NCBI GenBank assembly: GCA_017620235.1
Contig: JAFZQT010000033.1
Span: 42,114-106,113 of the forward strand
DNA: 64,000 bases
Source of the DNA: Butyrivibrio sp.
Lineage (GTDB): Bacteria; Bacillota; Clostridia; Lachnospirales; Lachnospiraceae
Reading direction: 5' to 3'
Shown here piece by piece: positions 1 to 8,873 of this stretch (position 1 is its first letter; every line of letters starts with the position of its first letter). The notes beneath the pieces were generated by a model, which saw only the letters and a program-made list of their open reading frames with translations, searched no databases and was not told the origin of the DNA. The position numbers and the translations under genes were made by a program.

Positions 1-1
1 G

Positions 2-631
2 GGGAGTAGCGACCTTGCGGAAAAGCATGCGGACAATGTAATAAAACTCGCCAAGAAATCCGGACTTGGCGGAGTTGAGATTGATTATGAGGCTATCAAA
101 AAAGACACTGAGCTATGGGGGCACTTTAACGAGTTCATTAAGGTGCTTTCAGAAAAGGCTTCGAAAGATAATCTCCTGCTCAGGGTTGTATTTGAGCCAT
201 CGGCACCGGTAGATAGTTTTGAGTGGCCTGATTATCCCGAATATGTAATGATGTGTTACAACCTTAAGGGATATGGCACAGACCCCGGGCCTAAAGCGGA
301 TGTTGCATTTATACAAGACCTGTATAAAAAGATGTCAGTCCTTAACGGCAAGATCAATATGGCGTTTGCTACGGGAGGATTTGATTTTGCCGGGGACGGA
401 TCTGTTAAACAGGTGAATTACAGAAACGCCGTTGCTCTTTGTGAAGAATATCAAGGAACAACGGAAAGAGATCCTGACAGCAATGCGGTTCATTTTGAAT
501 ATACGGATGACGCACACAGCAAGCACGAAGTGTGGTATGCGGATCAGGATACGCTTAAAACTTGGATAAATACAGCAAAAGAAGCCGGATGTGAAAAGTT
601 TTCAATTTGGAGACTTGGGGGGAATTTCTGA
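2..631 (+). CDS. Glycoside hydrolase family 18-like protein, C-terminal part (5' end outside window)
   Basis: The frame is open from base 2 and reads ...GLGGVEIDYE (GH18 DxxDxDxE-like catalytic motif). It also contains VMMCYN and a C-terminal HEVWY..D and SIWRLGG, typical of GH18. Confidence 0.75.
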   Translation, partial: GSSDLAEKHADNVIKLAKKSGLGGVEIDYEAIKKDTELWGHFNEFIKVLSEKASKDNLLLRVVFEPSAPVDSFEWPDYPEYVMMCYNLKGYGTDPGPKADVAFIQDLYKKMSVLNGKINMAFATGGFDFAGDGSVKQVNYRNAVALCEEYQGTTERDPDSNAVHFEYTDDAHSKHEVWYADQDTLKTWINTAKEAGCEKFSIWRLGGNF

Positions 632-664
632 TCGTATATTGTGAACAGAGACCACAAGATAATT

Positions 665-721
665 AAGTCATGAAATCGACATTCTATGCAAAACGAGTGA
701 TGTTGATTTTATGACTTTTTT
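665..721 (+). terminator. Probable intrinsic terminator after the GH18 gene
   Basis: AAGTCATGAAATCGACAT ... ATGTTGATTTTATGACTT stem (with G-U pairs) followed by a T-run. Confidence 0.6.
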
Positions 722-736
722 AGTAAAAAAAAGTGG

Positions 737-765
737 TTGCAATATAGGAAATGAAATGATATTAT
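737..765 (+). promoter_or_regulatory. Sigma-A promoter of the GntR/ABC operon
   Basis: TTGCAA (737-742), 17-bp spacer, TATTAT (760-765) preceded by a TG extended -10 motif. Confidence 0.65.
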
Positions 766-769
766 TTTA

Positions 770-792
770 GTGTACTAAGTTGAATAGTACAC
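770..792. promoter_or_regulatory. YtrA-subfamily GntR operator
   Basis: Perfect inverted repeat GTGTACTA-N7-TAGTACAC directly downstream of the -10 and upstream of a YtrA-type gntR gene. Confidence 0.75.
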
Positions 793-844
793 TTATTATT
801 TGTTACTAATCAATTTTGTAAAAATAATGACGGATGGGAGAACT

Positions 845-1231
845 ATGAAAATAATAGACTACCAAGACAGCAGACCGATATATGAGCAGATAGTCGAGAG
901 TTTCAAAATACAGATCTTTAAAGGTATACTCCAGGCTGATGAGCAGATGCCTTCTGTCAGAAGTCTTGCGATGGAACTTTCAACTAATCCAAATACAGTT
1001 CAGCGTGCATACAGTGAACTGGAACGACAAGGATTTATTTATACTGTCAAGGGCAGGGGAAACTTTGTCAAGGGTGATGACACGCTTAAGATAAATAAGA
1101 AACAAGAAGTAATTGATGAGATCATTGAGTTATTAGTCGACGCCAATGGTATTGGAATCACTTTTGATGAAGTATTGTCTGAGGTAAAAAATAGGATAGC
1201 CGAACTGACGAAGGAGGGAGGAAAGGCGTGA
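845..1231 (+). CDS. GntR-family (YtrA subfamily) transcriptional regulator
   Basis: PIYEQI...MPSVRSLA...NPNTVQRAYSELE...GRGNFV winged HTH with a short C-terminus. ATG 845 follows a GGGAG RBS. Confidence 0.92.
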   Translation: MKIIDYQDSRPIYEQIVESFKIQIFKGILQADEQMPSVRSLAMELSTNPNTVQRAYSELERQGFIYTVKGRGNFVKGDDTLKINKKQEVIDEIIELLVDANGIGITFDEVLSEVKNRIAELTKEGGKA

Positions 1232-2133
1232 TTGAGTTAATAGAACTTAACAAGGCGTTTGATGACATCAAAGCTGTCAATCATGTATCATTGAAGATTG
1301 CTGACGGAGAGGTGTTTGGTCTTGTTGGAACAAATGGGGCAGGAAAGAGTACTACATTAAGAATTATTGCAGGTGTTATAAAACCGGATTCCGGAGTTGT
1401 TTGCGTCGATAACAGACCTGTTTATGATAATCCTGATGTAAAGAAGGATGTTTTTTATATTTCGGATGATCAGTACTTTTTTCCGAATAGTACTGCTGAA
1501 GATATGGCAGGCTTTTATGCATCTGTATACGAGAACTTTGATAAAGATAAGTTTTTTAAGATGCTTGATGGTTTTGGACTTGATAAAAGTAGAAAGATAA
1601 GTACCTTTTCTAAGGGTATGAAGAAGCAGGTGTCAATCCTGTTGGGGTTATGTGCGGGAACCAAGTACCTTCTTTGCGATGAGACATTTGATGGACTTGA
1701 TCCTGTAGTCAGACAGGGAGTAAAGAGTCTTTTTGCTGCTGAGATAGCAGACAGAGGTTTAACTCCTGTAATCGCTTCACACAACTTAAGAGAACTTGAA
1801 GATATATGCGATCATGTTGGACTTCTTCATATGGGCGGTGTAATTCTGTCTGAAGATCTTTCTGACATGAAGTTTAATATGCAAAAGATCCAGTGCGTAT
1901 TTAAGACTGAAGAAGATGAGCAGAAAGCACTTGAAGGACTTGATGTGCTTATTCATGATAAGCGTGGAAGACTTCATACTATAACTGTCAGGGGTGAAAA
2001 GGCGGAAATAGAGAAAGCATTTAAGCGTGGGGAGCTTGTTTTCTTTGAAATGATAGCTCTTACATTGGAAGAGATTTTCATAAGTGAGACGGAGGTGGTT
2101 GGATATGACATCCGCAAATTCATCATGGGTTGA
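1228..2133 (+). CDS. ABC transporter ATP-binding protein (YtrB-like)
   Basis: Walker A GTNGAGKS, signature FSKGMKK, Walker B LLCDE, H-loop SH. Confidence 0.92.
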   Translation: MIELIELNKAFDDIKAVNHVSLKIADGEVFGLVGTNGAGKSTTLRIIAGVIKPDSGVVCVDNRPVYDNPDVKKDVFYISDDQYFFPNSTAEDMAGFYASVYENFDKDKFFKMLDGFGLDKSRKISTFSKGMKKQVSILLGLCAGTKYLLCDETFDGLDPVVRQGVKSLFAAEIADRGLTPVIASHNLRELEDICDHVGLLHMGGVILSEDLSDMKFNMQKIQCVFKTEEDEQKALEGLDVLIHDKRGRLHTITVRGEKAEIEKAFKRGELVFFEMIALTLEEIFISETEVVGYDIRKFIMG

Positions 2134-4312
2134 TAAGATAAAAGCAAATAAAAATATAATGAGCAATAAGAGTCTTTGGTCATATATTTTAGTTGCGCCG
2201 GTTATGTTTGTTACTTTTGCAGTATATATGGTATTTATGTTCATCAGATCCAATAATTACGGACTTATGAATGAACAAGATGCTGCACAGATGTTGTATG
2301 AAAAACAGTTTGTTGTAATGGAAAGTATAGGACTTGGTTCAAAGTTTTATATTTTGTTCGGTGTGCTTGGAATTATTTATGCATTTACTAAGTTTTCATA
2401 TCTCTTCAGCATGAGTAAGCTCGATTTTTATTTTAGCCTGCCTACTACAAGTGCCAGACGAGTTCAAAGTGCATATATGGTTGCACTTACCAATTTTGTC
2501 GGTATATTTTTGGGCGTGGAGGCTGTTGCTATACTGATAGCTGCTGCTTTTAAGGCACTGTCTGCAGGTTTAATGGTAGCTATTCTTATTCAGACGGTAC
2601 GAGTTATAGTGTTGTTCTTCACATGCTTTACTATAACAACTCTTGCTATTTTACTTTGTGGAACAAAACTCATAGCACTTATACTTACTTTTGTCATGTT
2701 TTTCTTCCCTTATTTGATTGGACAAGAGTTCCATAGCCTCAATTATATTTTTTATAAGACAATATCGTACTTGTCAGAACCTATTATCTTTTTCTCACCT
2801 TATAATGATGCAAGATCTCTTGCGGATTATATAAATAGTTCATTTAGATTTTATGAGCTAACCAATTCTTTTGATGTTTCAAGCGTTATGCACGCGTACC
2901 TTAGTTGTATTAGATATGATATCGATATGTTTGTTACAGGAGTTGCAGCAACGATATTGGTTGCGTTTGTTTACAAGCATAGAAGAGCAGAACATGTTGG
3001 AAAGACTATAATCTTCAGACCTGTCAGATGGGCAATCAAGGTGCTCGTATGTATCGCGGTCTCACTTGGAGGAATGACCTTTATCCATACTGTTTTTGCA
3101 TCAACATGGAACAGAAATATGTTCATTGTGCTCTTTGCGTCTATGATTGTTATCTGTGCCTTTACGGGGTCACTGATAGAGATATGTCTTGACTCGGATA
3201 TAAGGAGCTTTTCTAAGGGAAAAAGACAAACATTCATGGCAATGGCAATCCTGTTGTTAATTTTTTTTATATACAGGGGTGACTTGCTAGGGTATGACAG
3301 TTATGTACCCAGTCCGTCATCCGTTGAGAGTGCAGCTTTGGTCGCAGACGATTTCGGCGGTTTATATGAAAATCAGGATATGTATTATTATGGCTACAGC
3401 GGAAAAATTGGTAATTATTCTGAAAGAAACATGAAGATCAAGGATATGGATACTTTTCTGCAGGTTGCCAAAAAAGGTATGGAGACTGCAAAGGCATGCG
3501 ATGGAGATTATTGGAATAAGGGATGGGAGAACATCGTTGCCTATAATTTGAAAAACGGGAAAAAAGTTTATCGCTATGTGGTGATTCCTTATGACATAGA
3601 TACCGAGCTTATGGACAAGCTTACAAGTAGTGAAGAGTTCATAAAAGGTCATGTACCTTGTTTTTCTGAAACTTTTTTTAGTTCAGATAGCTTATCAAGA
3701 GGAGCTGCTGTAATGACAAGTACTTTCCCGGGAGGAGAGGAAACTACAACGGATGTTTCTCTTATGATCAATATAGTCAATGCATACAGACAGGATGTTT
3801 TGGATCATTACAAGTTCTCGTATATAAGAGATAACGGTGCTATAGGCGATATTTCAATACACTGTGATACGGCTGTGAATAGTTCATCATGCTGGTTGAC
3901 TGTGTTTGATGATTTTGATCGGACAATTGATATTCTCAAGGAGAATGGTCTTTTTGATGGTGTTGATATTCCGGTTGATGAGATCGGTCATATATCAGTT
4001 TCAAATTATTTCATGGGATACAATTTTAGCGAGATGTCCGATGAAGAAGCTAGGGCTATTTATAATAAATGGTATCACGAGGGAAGAGATTTTAGCAGCA
4101 ATTATAAAACATATACGGATAAAGACAGGATAAAAGAAATAATGGAAAATGCCACATATAAAGAATATGTCGAGTGGGGCGATTTCTTTAAAAATGCAGA
4201 TTGTCAGTTCAAGATTGATGTAGATGATAGATTTATGGATGCTTTTACCTGTCAGTTTGCCTTTAAGAAAGGTTCAGTACCTGAATTTATTTATGAGGAT
4301 TTAAATAAGTGA
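2105..4312 (+). CDS. ABC transporter permease with large C-terminal soluble domain (DUF6449-like)
   Basis: Multiple transmembrane segments, FSYL..DFYFSLP and DLLGYDSYVPS motifs. ATG 2105 follows GGAGGTGG. Confidence 0.75.
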   Translation: MTSANSSWVDKIKANKNIMSNKSLWSYILVAPVMFVTFAVYMVFMFIRSNNYGLMNEQDAAQMLYEKQFVVMESIGLGSKFYILFGVLGIIYAFTKFSYLFSMSKLDFYFSLPTTSARRVQSAYMVALTNFVGIFLGVEAVAILIAAAFKALSAGLMVAILIQTVRVIVLFFTCFTITTLAILLCGTKLIALILTFVMFFFPYLIGQEFHSLNYIFYKTISYLSEPIIFFSPYNDARSLADYINSSFRFYELTNSFDVSSVMHAYLSCIRYDIDMFVTGVAATILVAFVYKHRRAEHVGKTIIFRPVRWAIKVLVCIAVSLGGMTFIHTVFASTWNRNMFIVLFASMIVICAFTGSLIEICLDSDIRSFSKGKRQTFMAMAILLLIFFIYRGDLLGYDSYVPSPSSVESAALVADDFGGLYENQDMYYYGYSGKIGNYSERNMKIKDMDTFLQVAKKGMETAKACDGDYWNKGWENIVAYNLKNGKKVYRYVVIPYDIDTELMDKLTSSEEFIKGHVPCFSETFFSSDSLSRGAAVMTSTFPGGEETTTDVSLMINIVNAYRQDVLDHYKFSYIRDNGAIGDISIHCDTAVNSSSCWLTVFDDFDRTIDILKENGLFDGVDIPVDEIGHISVSNYFMGYNFSEMSDEEARAIYNKWYHEGRDFSSNYKTYTDKDRIKEIMENATYKEYVEWGDFFKNADCQFKIDVDDRFMDAFTCQFAFKKGSVPEFIYEDLNK

Positions 4313-5229
4313 AGATCAACTCTTTAATTACAAGAAGAACTAAAAAGCCTAAACAAAGAGTAAAGACTATCGGGAAGAGAGAGCTTATATCATGGCTCTT
4401 TCTCGCTCCTTCACTGATCGGTGTGTTTATATTTTTTGTGGCACCATTCATGGTCGTCATCGGTTATTCATTTTTGAATAACCCGATACAGAAGGAATTT
4501 GTCGGATTTAGTAACTTTGTAAATGTTTGGAATAACTCGGCGTTTAGAAAAGCGGGACTTAATACTCTTAACTTTTCTTTTACCGCCGTGCCGCTCGCGG
4601 TTGTGTTATCGCTGCTGCTCGCGGTGGTTATGGAATCAAGGATTCCGTTTAAGAGCTTTTTCAGGTCGTCTTTTCTAAGTCCGCTCATGGTTCCGACAGC
4701 TTCAATTGTTCTTATCTGGCAGGTAATGTTTCATCAGAACGGTCTTGTGAACAATGTTCTGGCGGCGCTTGGTGATACATCAAAGACAGACTGGCTCAAA
4801 TCAGATAAAGCTTATGTCGTTTTGTTAACGCTCTTTCTATGGAAGAATTTAGGATACAACATGATATTGTTCATGTCAGCGCTTGCTGCTATACCTAAGG
4901 AACTTATTGAAGTTGCAAGGATAGAGAGCGCGGGCAAACTACAGATATTTTGGCATGTAAAGCTGCGGTTCATGTCACCTACGATAATGTTCGTGACTAT
5001 TATGTCCCTGATAAATTCGTTTAAGGTATTCAGAGAGATATATCTGCTTACCGGAGATTATCCTTATGATTCGCTTTATATGTTGCAGCATTATATGAAT
5101 AATAAATTTTCATCGCTTGATTACCAGATGTTGTCGGCTGCTGCGATAATAATGTTCATTGTTGTTACAATACTGATCTACTTTTTGACGAAACTTGAGA
5201 ACTCATACGGTAAAGACGTCGAAGGATAA
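4309..5229 (+). CDS. Carbohydrate-type ABC transporter permease (MalF/UgpA-like)
   Basis: FLAPSL, FVGFSNF, WKNLGYNMILF..AL..IP and EAA-like loop EVARIESA. Confidence 0.88.
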   Translation: MKINSLITRRTKKPKQRVKTIGKRELISWLFLAPSLIGVFIFFVAPFMVVIGYSFLNNPIQKEFVGFSNFVNVWNNSAFRKAGLNTLNFSFTAVPLAVVLSLLLAVVMESRIPFKSFFRSSFLSPLMVPTASIVLIWQVMFHQNGLVNNVLAALGDTSKTDWLKSDKAYVVLLTLFLWKNLGYNMILFMSALAAIPKELIEVARIESAGKLQIFWHVKLRFMSPTIMFVTIMSLINSFKVFREIYLLTGDYPYDSLYMLQHYMNNKFSSLDYQMLSAAAIIMFIVVTILIYFLTKLENSYGKDVEG

Positions 5230-5237
5230 TAGCATAT

Positions 5238-6170
5238 ATGGAAAATGAGTTTAGCAAAATATATAGAAAAAGAATAAAACAGAAGAAAGAATTTGAAGAT
5301 AGAACAAAAAAGATCATCGTAACCGTTGCGGCAATTTTATTTGCTTTTTTCTTTATAATGCCGACGGTTTTGACAATCACTAATTCATTTATGAAGGCGA
5401 CTGAGATAACCGCCAACTACGGTTCGATCTTTGCAAAAGATGAAAAGGGCGCCAGAAAATATATATCTAAGACGGTGAATCTTAAGTTCATTCCGGATAT
5501 GGTTACATTCGAGCAGTATTATACAGTGTTGCTCAAGAGTCCGGAGTATCTTTTCAAGTTCTGGAATTCGATGATATATACAGTTCCGATCGTTGTGGTG
5601 CAGCTAATGCTTGCTTCATTCGCAGCTTACGGATTTTCGAGGCATGAGAGCAAAATAAAAGATGTGATCTTCTTCATATATATTATTTTGATGCTTATGC
5701 CATATCAGGTAACACTTGTTCCAAATTATCTTGTTTCAGATACATTGAATATTTTGGATACAAGGTGGGCAATATGGTTTCCCGGATTTTTCTCACCGTT
5801 TGCCATCTATCTGCTTACCAAATTTATGAGGAGAGTTCCAAAGGAACTTACCGAGGCGGCAGAGATAGACGGAGCGGGCGAATGGGAAATCTTTTCGAAG
5901 ATACAGTTTCCGCTTTGCAAGGGTGGCATTGCTTCAATACTTATACTTGTATTTTTTGATTATTGGAATATGGTTGAGCAACCCCTTATCTTATTGAAGG
6001 ATGAGGATCTGCATCCATTGTCCGTATTTTTGTCTAAGATCAATCAAGGTGAGATAAGTCTTGCTTTTGCGGTTGCGGTAATATACTTAATTCCGCCGTT
6101 ATTATTGTTCTTGTACGGCGAAGATTATTTGGTAGAAGGCATTTCCTACCAAGGAGGAGTCAAGGGATGA
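5238..6170 (+). CDS. Carbohydrate-type ABC transporter permease (MalG/UgpE-like)
   Basis: AAYGFSR, MLMPYQVTLVP and EAA loop ELTEAAEIDGA. Confidence 0.88.
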   Translation: MENEFSKIYRKRIKQKKEFEDRTKKIIVTVAAILFAFFFIMPTVLTITNSFMKATEITANYGSIFAKDEKGARKYISKTVNLKFIPDMVTFEQYYTVLLKSPEYLFKFWNSMIYTVPIVVVQLMLASFAAYGFSRHESKIKDVIFFIYIILMLMPYQVTLVPNYLVSDTLNILDTRWAIWFPGFFSPFAIYLLTKFMRRVPKELTEAAEIDGAGEWEIFSKIQFPLCKGGIASILILVFFDYWNMVEQPLILLKDEDLHPLSVFLSKINQGEISLAFAVAVIYLIPPLLLFLYGEDYLVEGISYQGGVKG

Positions 6171-7702
6171 ATAATGAAAATGAGCTTCTTGTTGAAGATA
6201 AAGAAAAAAGCAAAAAGGACAAAAAAGATATTGTAAAGAATGTAGCTATTGTATTTTTGAGTATTATGCTCGTTCTTACACTTTTTTCCAATACGATCAC
6301 GAATTATACGCTCGCTCAGGTTGCGACTACAATGGCACAGCCAGGTGAGATTAAGAAAAAGATAGATGTATCGGGTGAGATCGAGGCGGAAGATCCTTAT
6401 CAGGTTATGGTAAAGGAATCAAGAAAGATCTCGGGAGTTGCCGTAAAAGAAGGCGCTCACGTCAAGAAGGATGATATTCTCTTTTATCTTGACGATATTG
6501 AATCAGAAGAGTTCCTTGCTGAGAAAAAGAATCTTGATGATCTTGAGCTTAAATATGATCAGGAGCTTTTTTCAGGAAATGTGCCCGATGATGTTATAAC
6601 AAATGTACGTAAAGGAAAGAAAGCATCACAGGATTCACGTCAGAGTGAACTTAAGGCTGCTACAGACAGATATGATGCGGCTTTAGAGGCAGACCGTGCG
6701 GCAGATGCCCAGCTCAGTGCTCTTAAGCAGCAGCAGGCTACAGATGCGGCTGGAAGTGCTTATAATGCTGCTACACCGGGATATACTCTTGCACAGGCAG
6801 AAGCCGATCTAGCAGATGCAGAGGCTCGAGGAGACAAGGATAGGGTAAAGGAACTTCAGGAAAAAGTTTCTGAGCTTACAAAGGATCAGCAACAGCTTGA
6901 GAATTACGGAAATCAGCTTGATGCAAACTATCAGAAGAAACTTGCAGCAGCTCAAGCAGAAAAAGATAGGACTTCAGCAGAACTTATTGCTGCTGAGAAA
7001 GAAAAGAAAGATGTTTTGGCTAGCTTGGGAAGTGAGATAGCTCTTAGCGATCTTAAAGATAAGATTGCAGAATCTAAGGCTAAGCTTGCAAAGCTTGAGG
7101 AGGAGTCTACAGGTGCAACGATCAAGTCTCCTGTTGACGGTATAATCTCTAATATTTCAAAGGCTGCCGGAGAGATGACAGATGCAGCAGAACCTGTTGC
7201 AGTCATTCAGGTTGACGGAAAAGATATGACTCTTGAATGTTCCGTACCAACCGAATCGGCGAAGAAGGTTAAGGTTGGCGATAAGGCTGAGCCAACAGAT
7301 CCGACTTTATTTAAAGAATTTAAGGCTATACTTAAAACTGTAAGAAATGATAAGAAAGATCCGGCTAATAAGAAGGTTTTGACATTTAAGATAGAAAGTC
7401 CCGAAGTTACTCCGGGGCAGAATGTGTCACTTAGAATGGGCGAAAAGCCAAAGCATTATGACGTTGTCGTTCCCAATAAAACTATAAGGGACGCAAGAGG
7501 CGGCAAATATATTCTTGTTCTTACAGAAAAACATTCACCGCTTGGAAACAGATATTATGCAACAAAGGTTGATGTCAATGTTGTTGAAGCCGATGAGAGC
7601 AATTCAGCGATAGAGGCTAATTTAGAGGATTACAGTTACATTATTACTACATCAAATAAGACGGTTAACCCGGGAGATCAGGTAAGACTATCAGACGAAT
7701 AA
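6167..7702 (+). CDS. Membrane-fusion / periplasmic-adaptor protein (HlyD/MacA/YknX-like)
   Basis: One N-terminal TM, lipoyl half-motifs VKEGAHVKKDD and IKSPVDGII around a long coiled coil, C-terminal VNPGDQVRL. Confidence 0.8.
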   Translation: MNNENELLVEDKEKSKKDKKDIVKNVAIVFLSIMLVLTLFSNTITNYTLAQVATTMAQPGEIKKKIDVSGEIEAEDPYQVMVKESRKISGVAVKEGAHVKKDDILFYLDDIESEEFLAEKKNLDDLELKYDQELFSGNVPDDVITNVRKGKKASQDSRQSELKAATDRYDAALEADRAADAQLSALKQQQATDAAGSAYNAATPGYTLAQAEADLADAEARGDKDRVKELQEKVSELTKDQQQLENYGNQLDANYQKKLAAAQAEKDRTSAELIAAEKEKKDVLASLGSEIALSDLKDKIAESKAKLAKLEEESTGATIKSPVDGIISNISKAAGEMTDAAEPVAVIQVDGKDMTLECSVPTESAKKVKVGDKAEPTDPTLFKEFKAILKTVRNDKKDPANKKVLTFKIESPEVTPGQNVSLRMGEKPKHYDVVVPNKTIRDARGGKYILVLTEKHSPLGNRYYATKVDVNVVEADESNSAIEANLEDYSYIITTSNKTVNPGDQVRLSDE

Positions 7703-7703
7703 T

Positions 7704-8873
7704 ATGAAACAGGAAAAAGTATCAGAGTTTTTTGAAAAGGCAAAAAATAAAATAGCGTTTTTTATAAGTGAAGCAAAAGTACCTCTCATACTTATAATAA
7801 TCCTTCTTTTGGTAGATCTCATTTTGGGAATGATAACCAGAGCGGCTGTGGATAGTATGCCTGAGCAGAATATTACGGTGCAGTACTCTGATGATAAGTG
7901 CTCACAGGTCAGTGTGTTCTTTGCTCAGGAATGTAGTGTTGACGACAGTTACATCAAAAAGATGGAATATGATTTTAAAAATAAACTGTCGGATGAAGCA
8001 GGATTCGATCCGGAAAAGATGGAGATTTCCAGCTGCTTCAGCGCACAGGGAACAGTTAGTATTGAGTATGAAAAGACATCCATTTCGGATATCAATGCGA
8101 TAGGAGTGGCGGGTGATTTTTTCTTCTTTCACACGCTTGATTATATATCGGGAGGTCCGTTTACCAATGATCCGACAATGTCAAACTGCATTGTTATAGA
8201 CGATGGAGTAGCATGGGATCTGTTTGGTTCAACCGATGTTTGCGGCAAGGTTGTTTATATAAATGAGTTTCCGCATTATGTTTCGGGAGTCATCAGGAAA
8301 AAAGAAGGAAGAATCTATGATGCTTCCGGACTTAAAGAAAAAACAATCTTTATGTCCTATGACAGTCTGTGCAAGTATGGACAGATATTTAGCGGAAGAA
8401 CTGTAGAAAAAGAGATTTCCGAAAAGGGAGAAAAAGCAAGATTTGGTGGCATCAATTGCTATGAGATAGTTTGCCCCAGTCCCGTTGACGGGATTGTTAA
8501 AAAATATATTTCCGAGAGTTGCGGTTACGATGGCAGATTTGTGCACATCTGCGAGAATTCAGAGAGATTTGAATTTATACCGCTACTTGGAGTAATTGCT
8601 TCTTTTGGAACACGAAGCATGTGGCAAAAGGCAATTTTTTATCCTTATTGGGAAAATATTGCCAGAGGATATGAAGACATTTTATCTATCCTTTTGATTA
8701 TCAGGATATTTTTGCGAGTGAGCGTCGGTGTGACAGTCATTCTTTTTGTAAAGAGTTTTAATGCACATAAGGAGATTGATCTACACAGTTTCATGGAAAA
8801 ATTAGCTGATAAGAAATATGAACTGGAAGTAAAAATGAATGACAGGAAGAAAAGAAAAAAAGAGGAGAAGTAA
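7704..8873 (+). CDS. MacB-like extracytoplasmic-core membrane protein
   Basis: N-terminal TM, GVAGDFF, CIVIDDGVAWDLFGSTDVCGK..I (MacB core-like), and a single C-terminal TM. Confidence 0.65.
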   Translation: MKQEKVSEFFEKAKNKIAFFISEAKVPLILIIILLLVDLILGMITRAAVDSMPEQNITVQYSDDKCSQVSVFFAQECSVDDSYIKKMEYDFKNKLSDEAGFDPEKMEISSCFSAQGTVSIEYEKTSISDINAIGVAGDFFFFHTLDYISGGPFTNDPTMSNCIVIDDGVAWDLFGSTDVCGKVVYINEFPHYVSGVIRKKEGRIYDASGLKEKTIFMSYDSLCKYGQIFSGRTVEKEISEKGEKARFGGINCYEIVCPSPVDGIVKKYISESCGYDGRFVHICENSERFEFIPLLGVIASFGTRSMWQKAIFYPYWENIARGYEDILSILLIIRIFLRVSVGVTVILFVKSFNAHKEIDLHSFMEKLADKKYELEVKMNDRKKRKKEEK

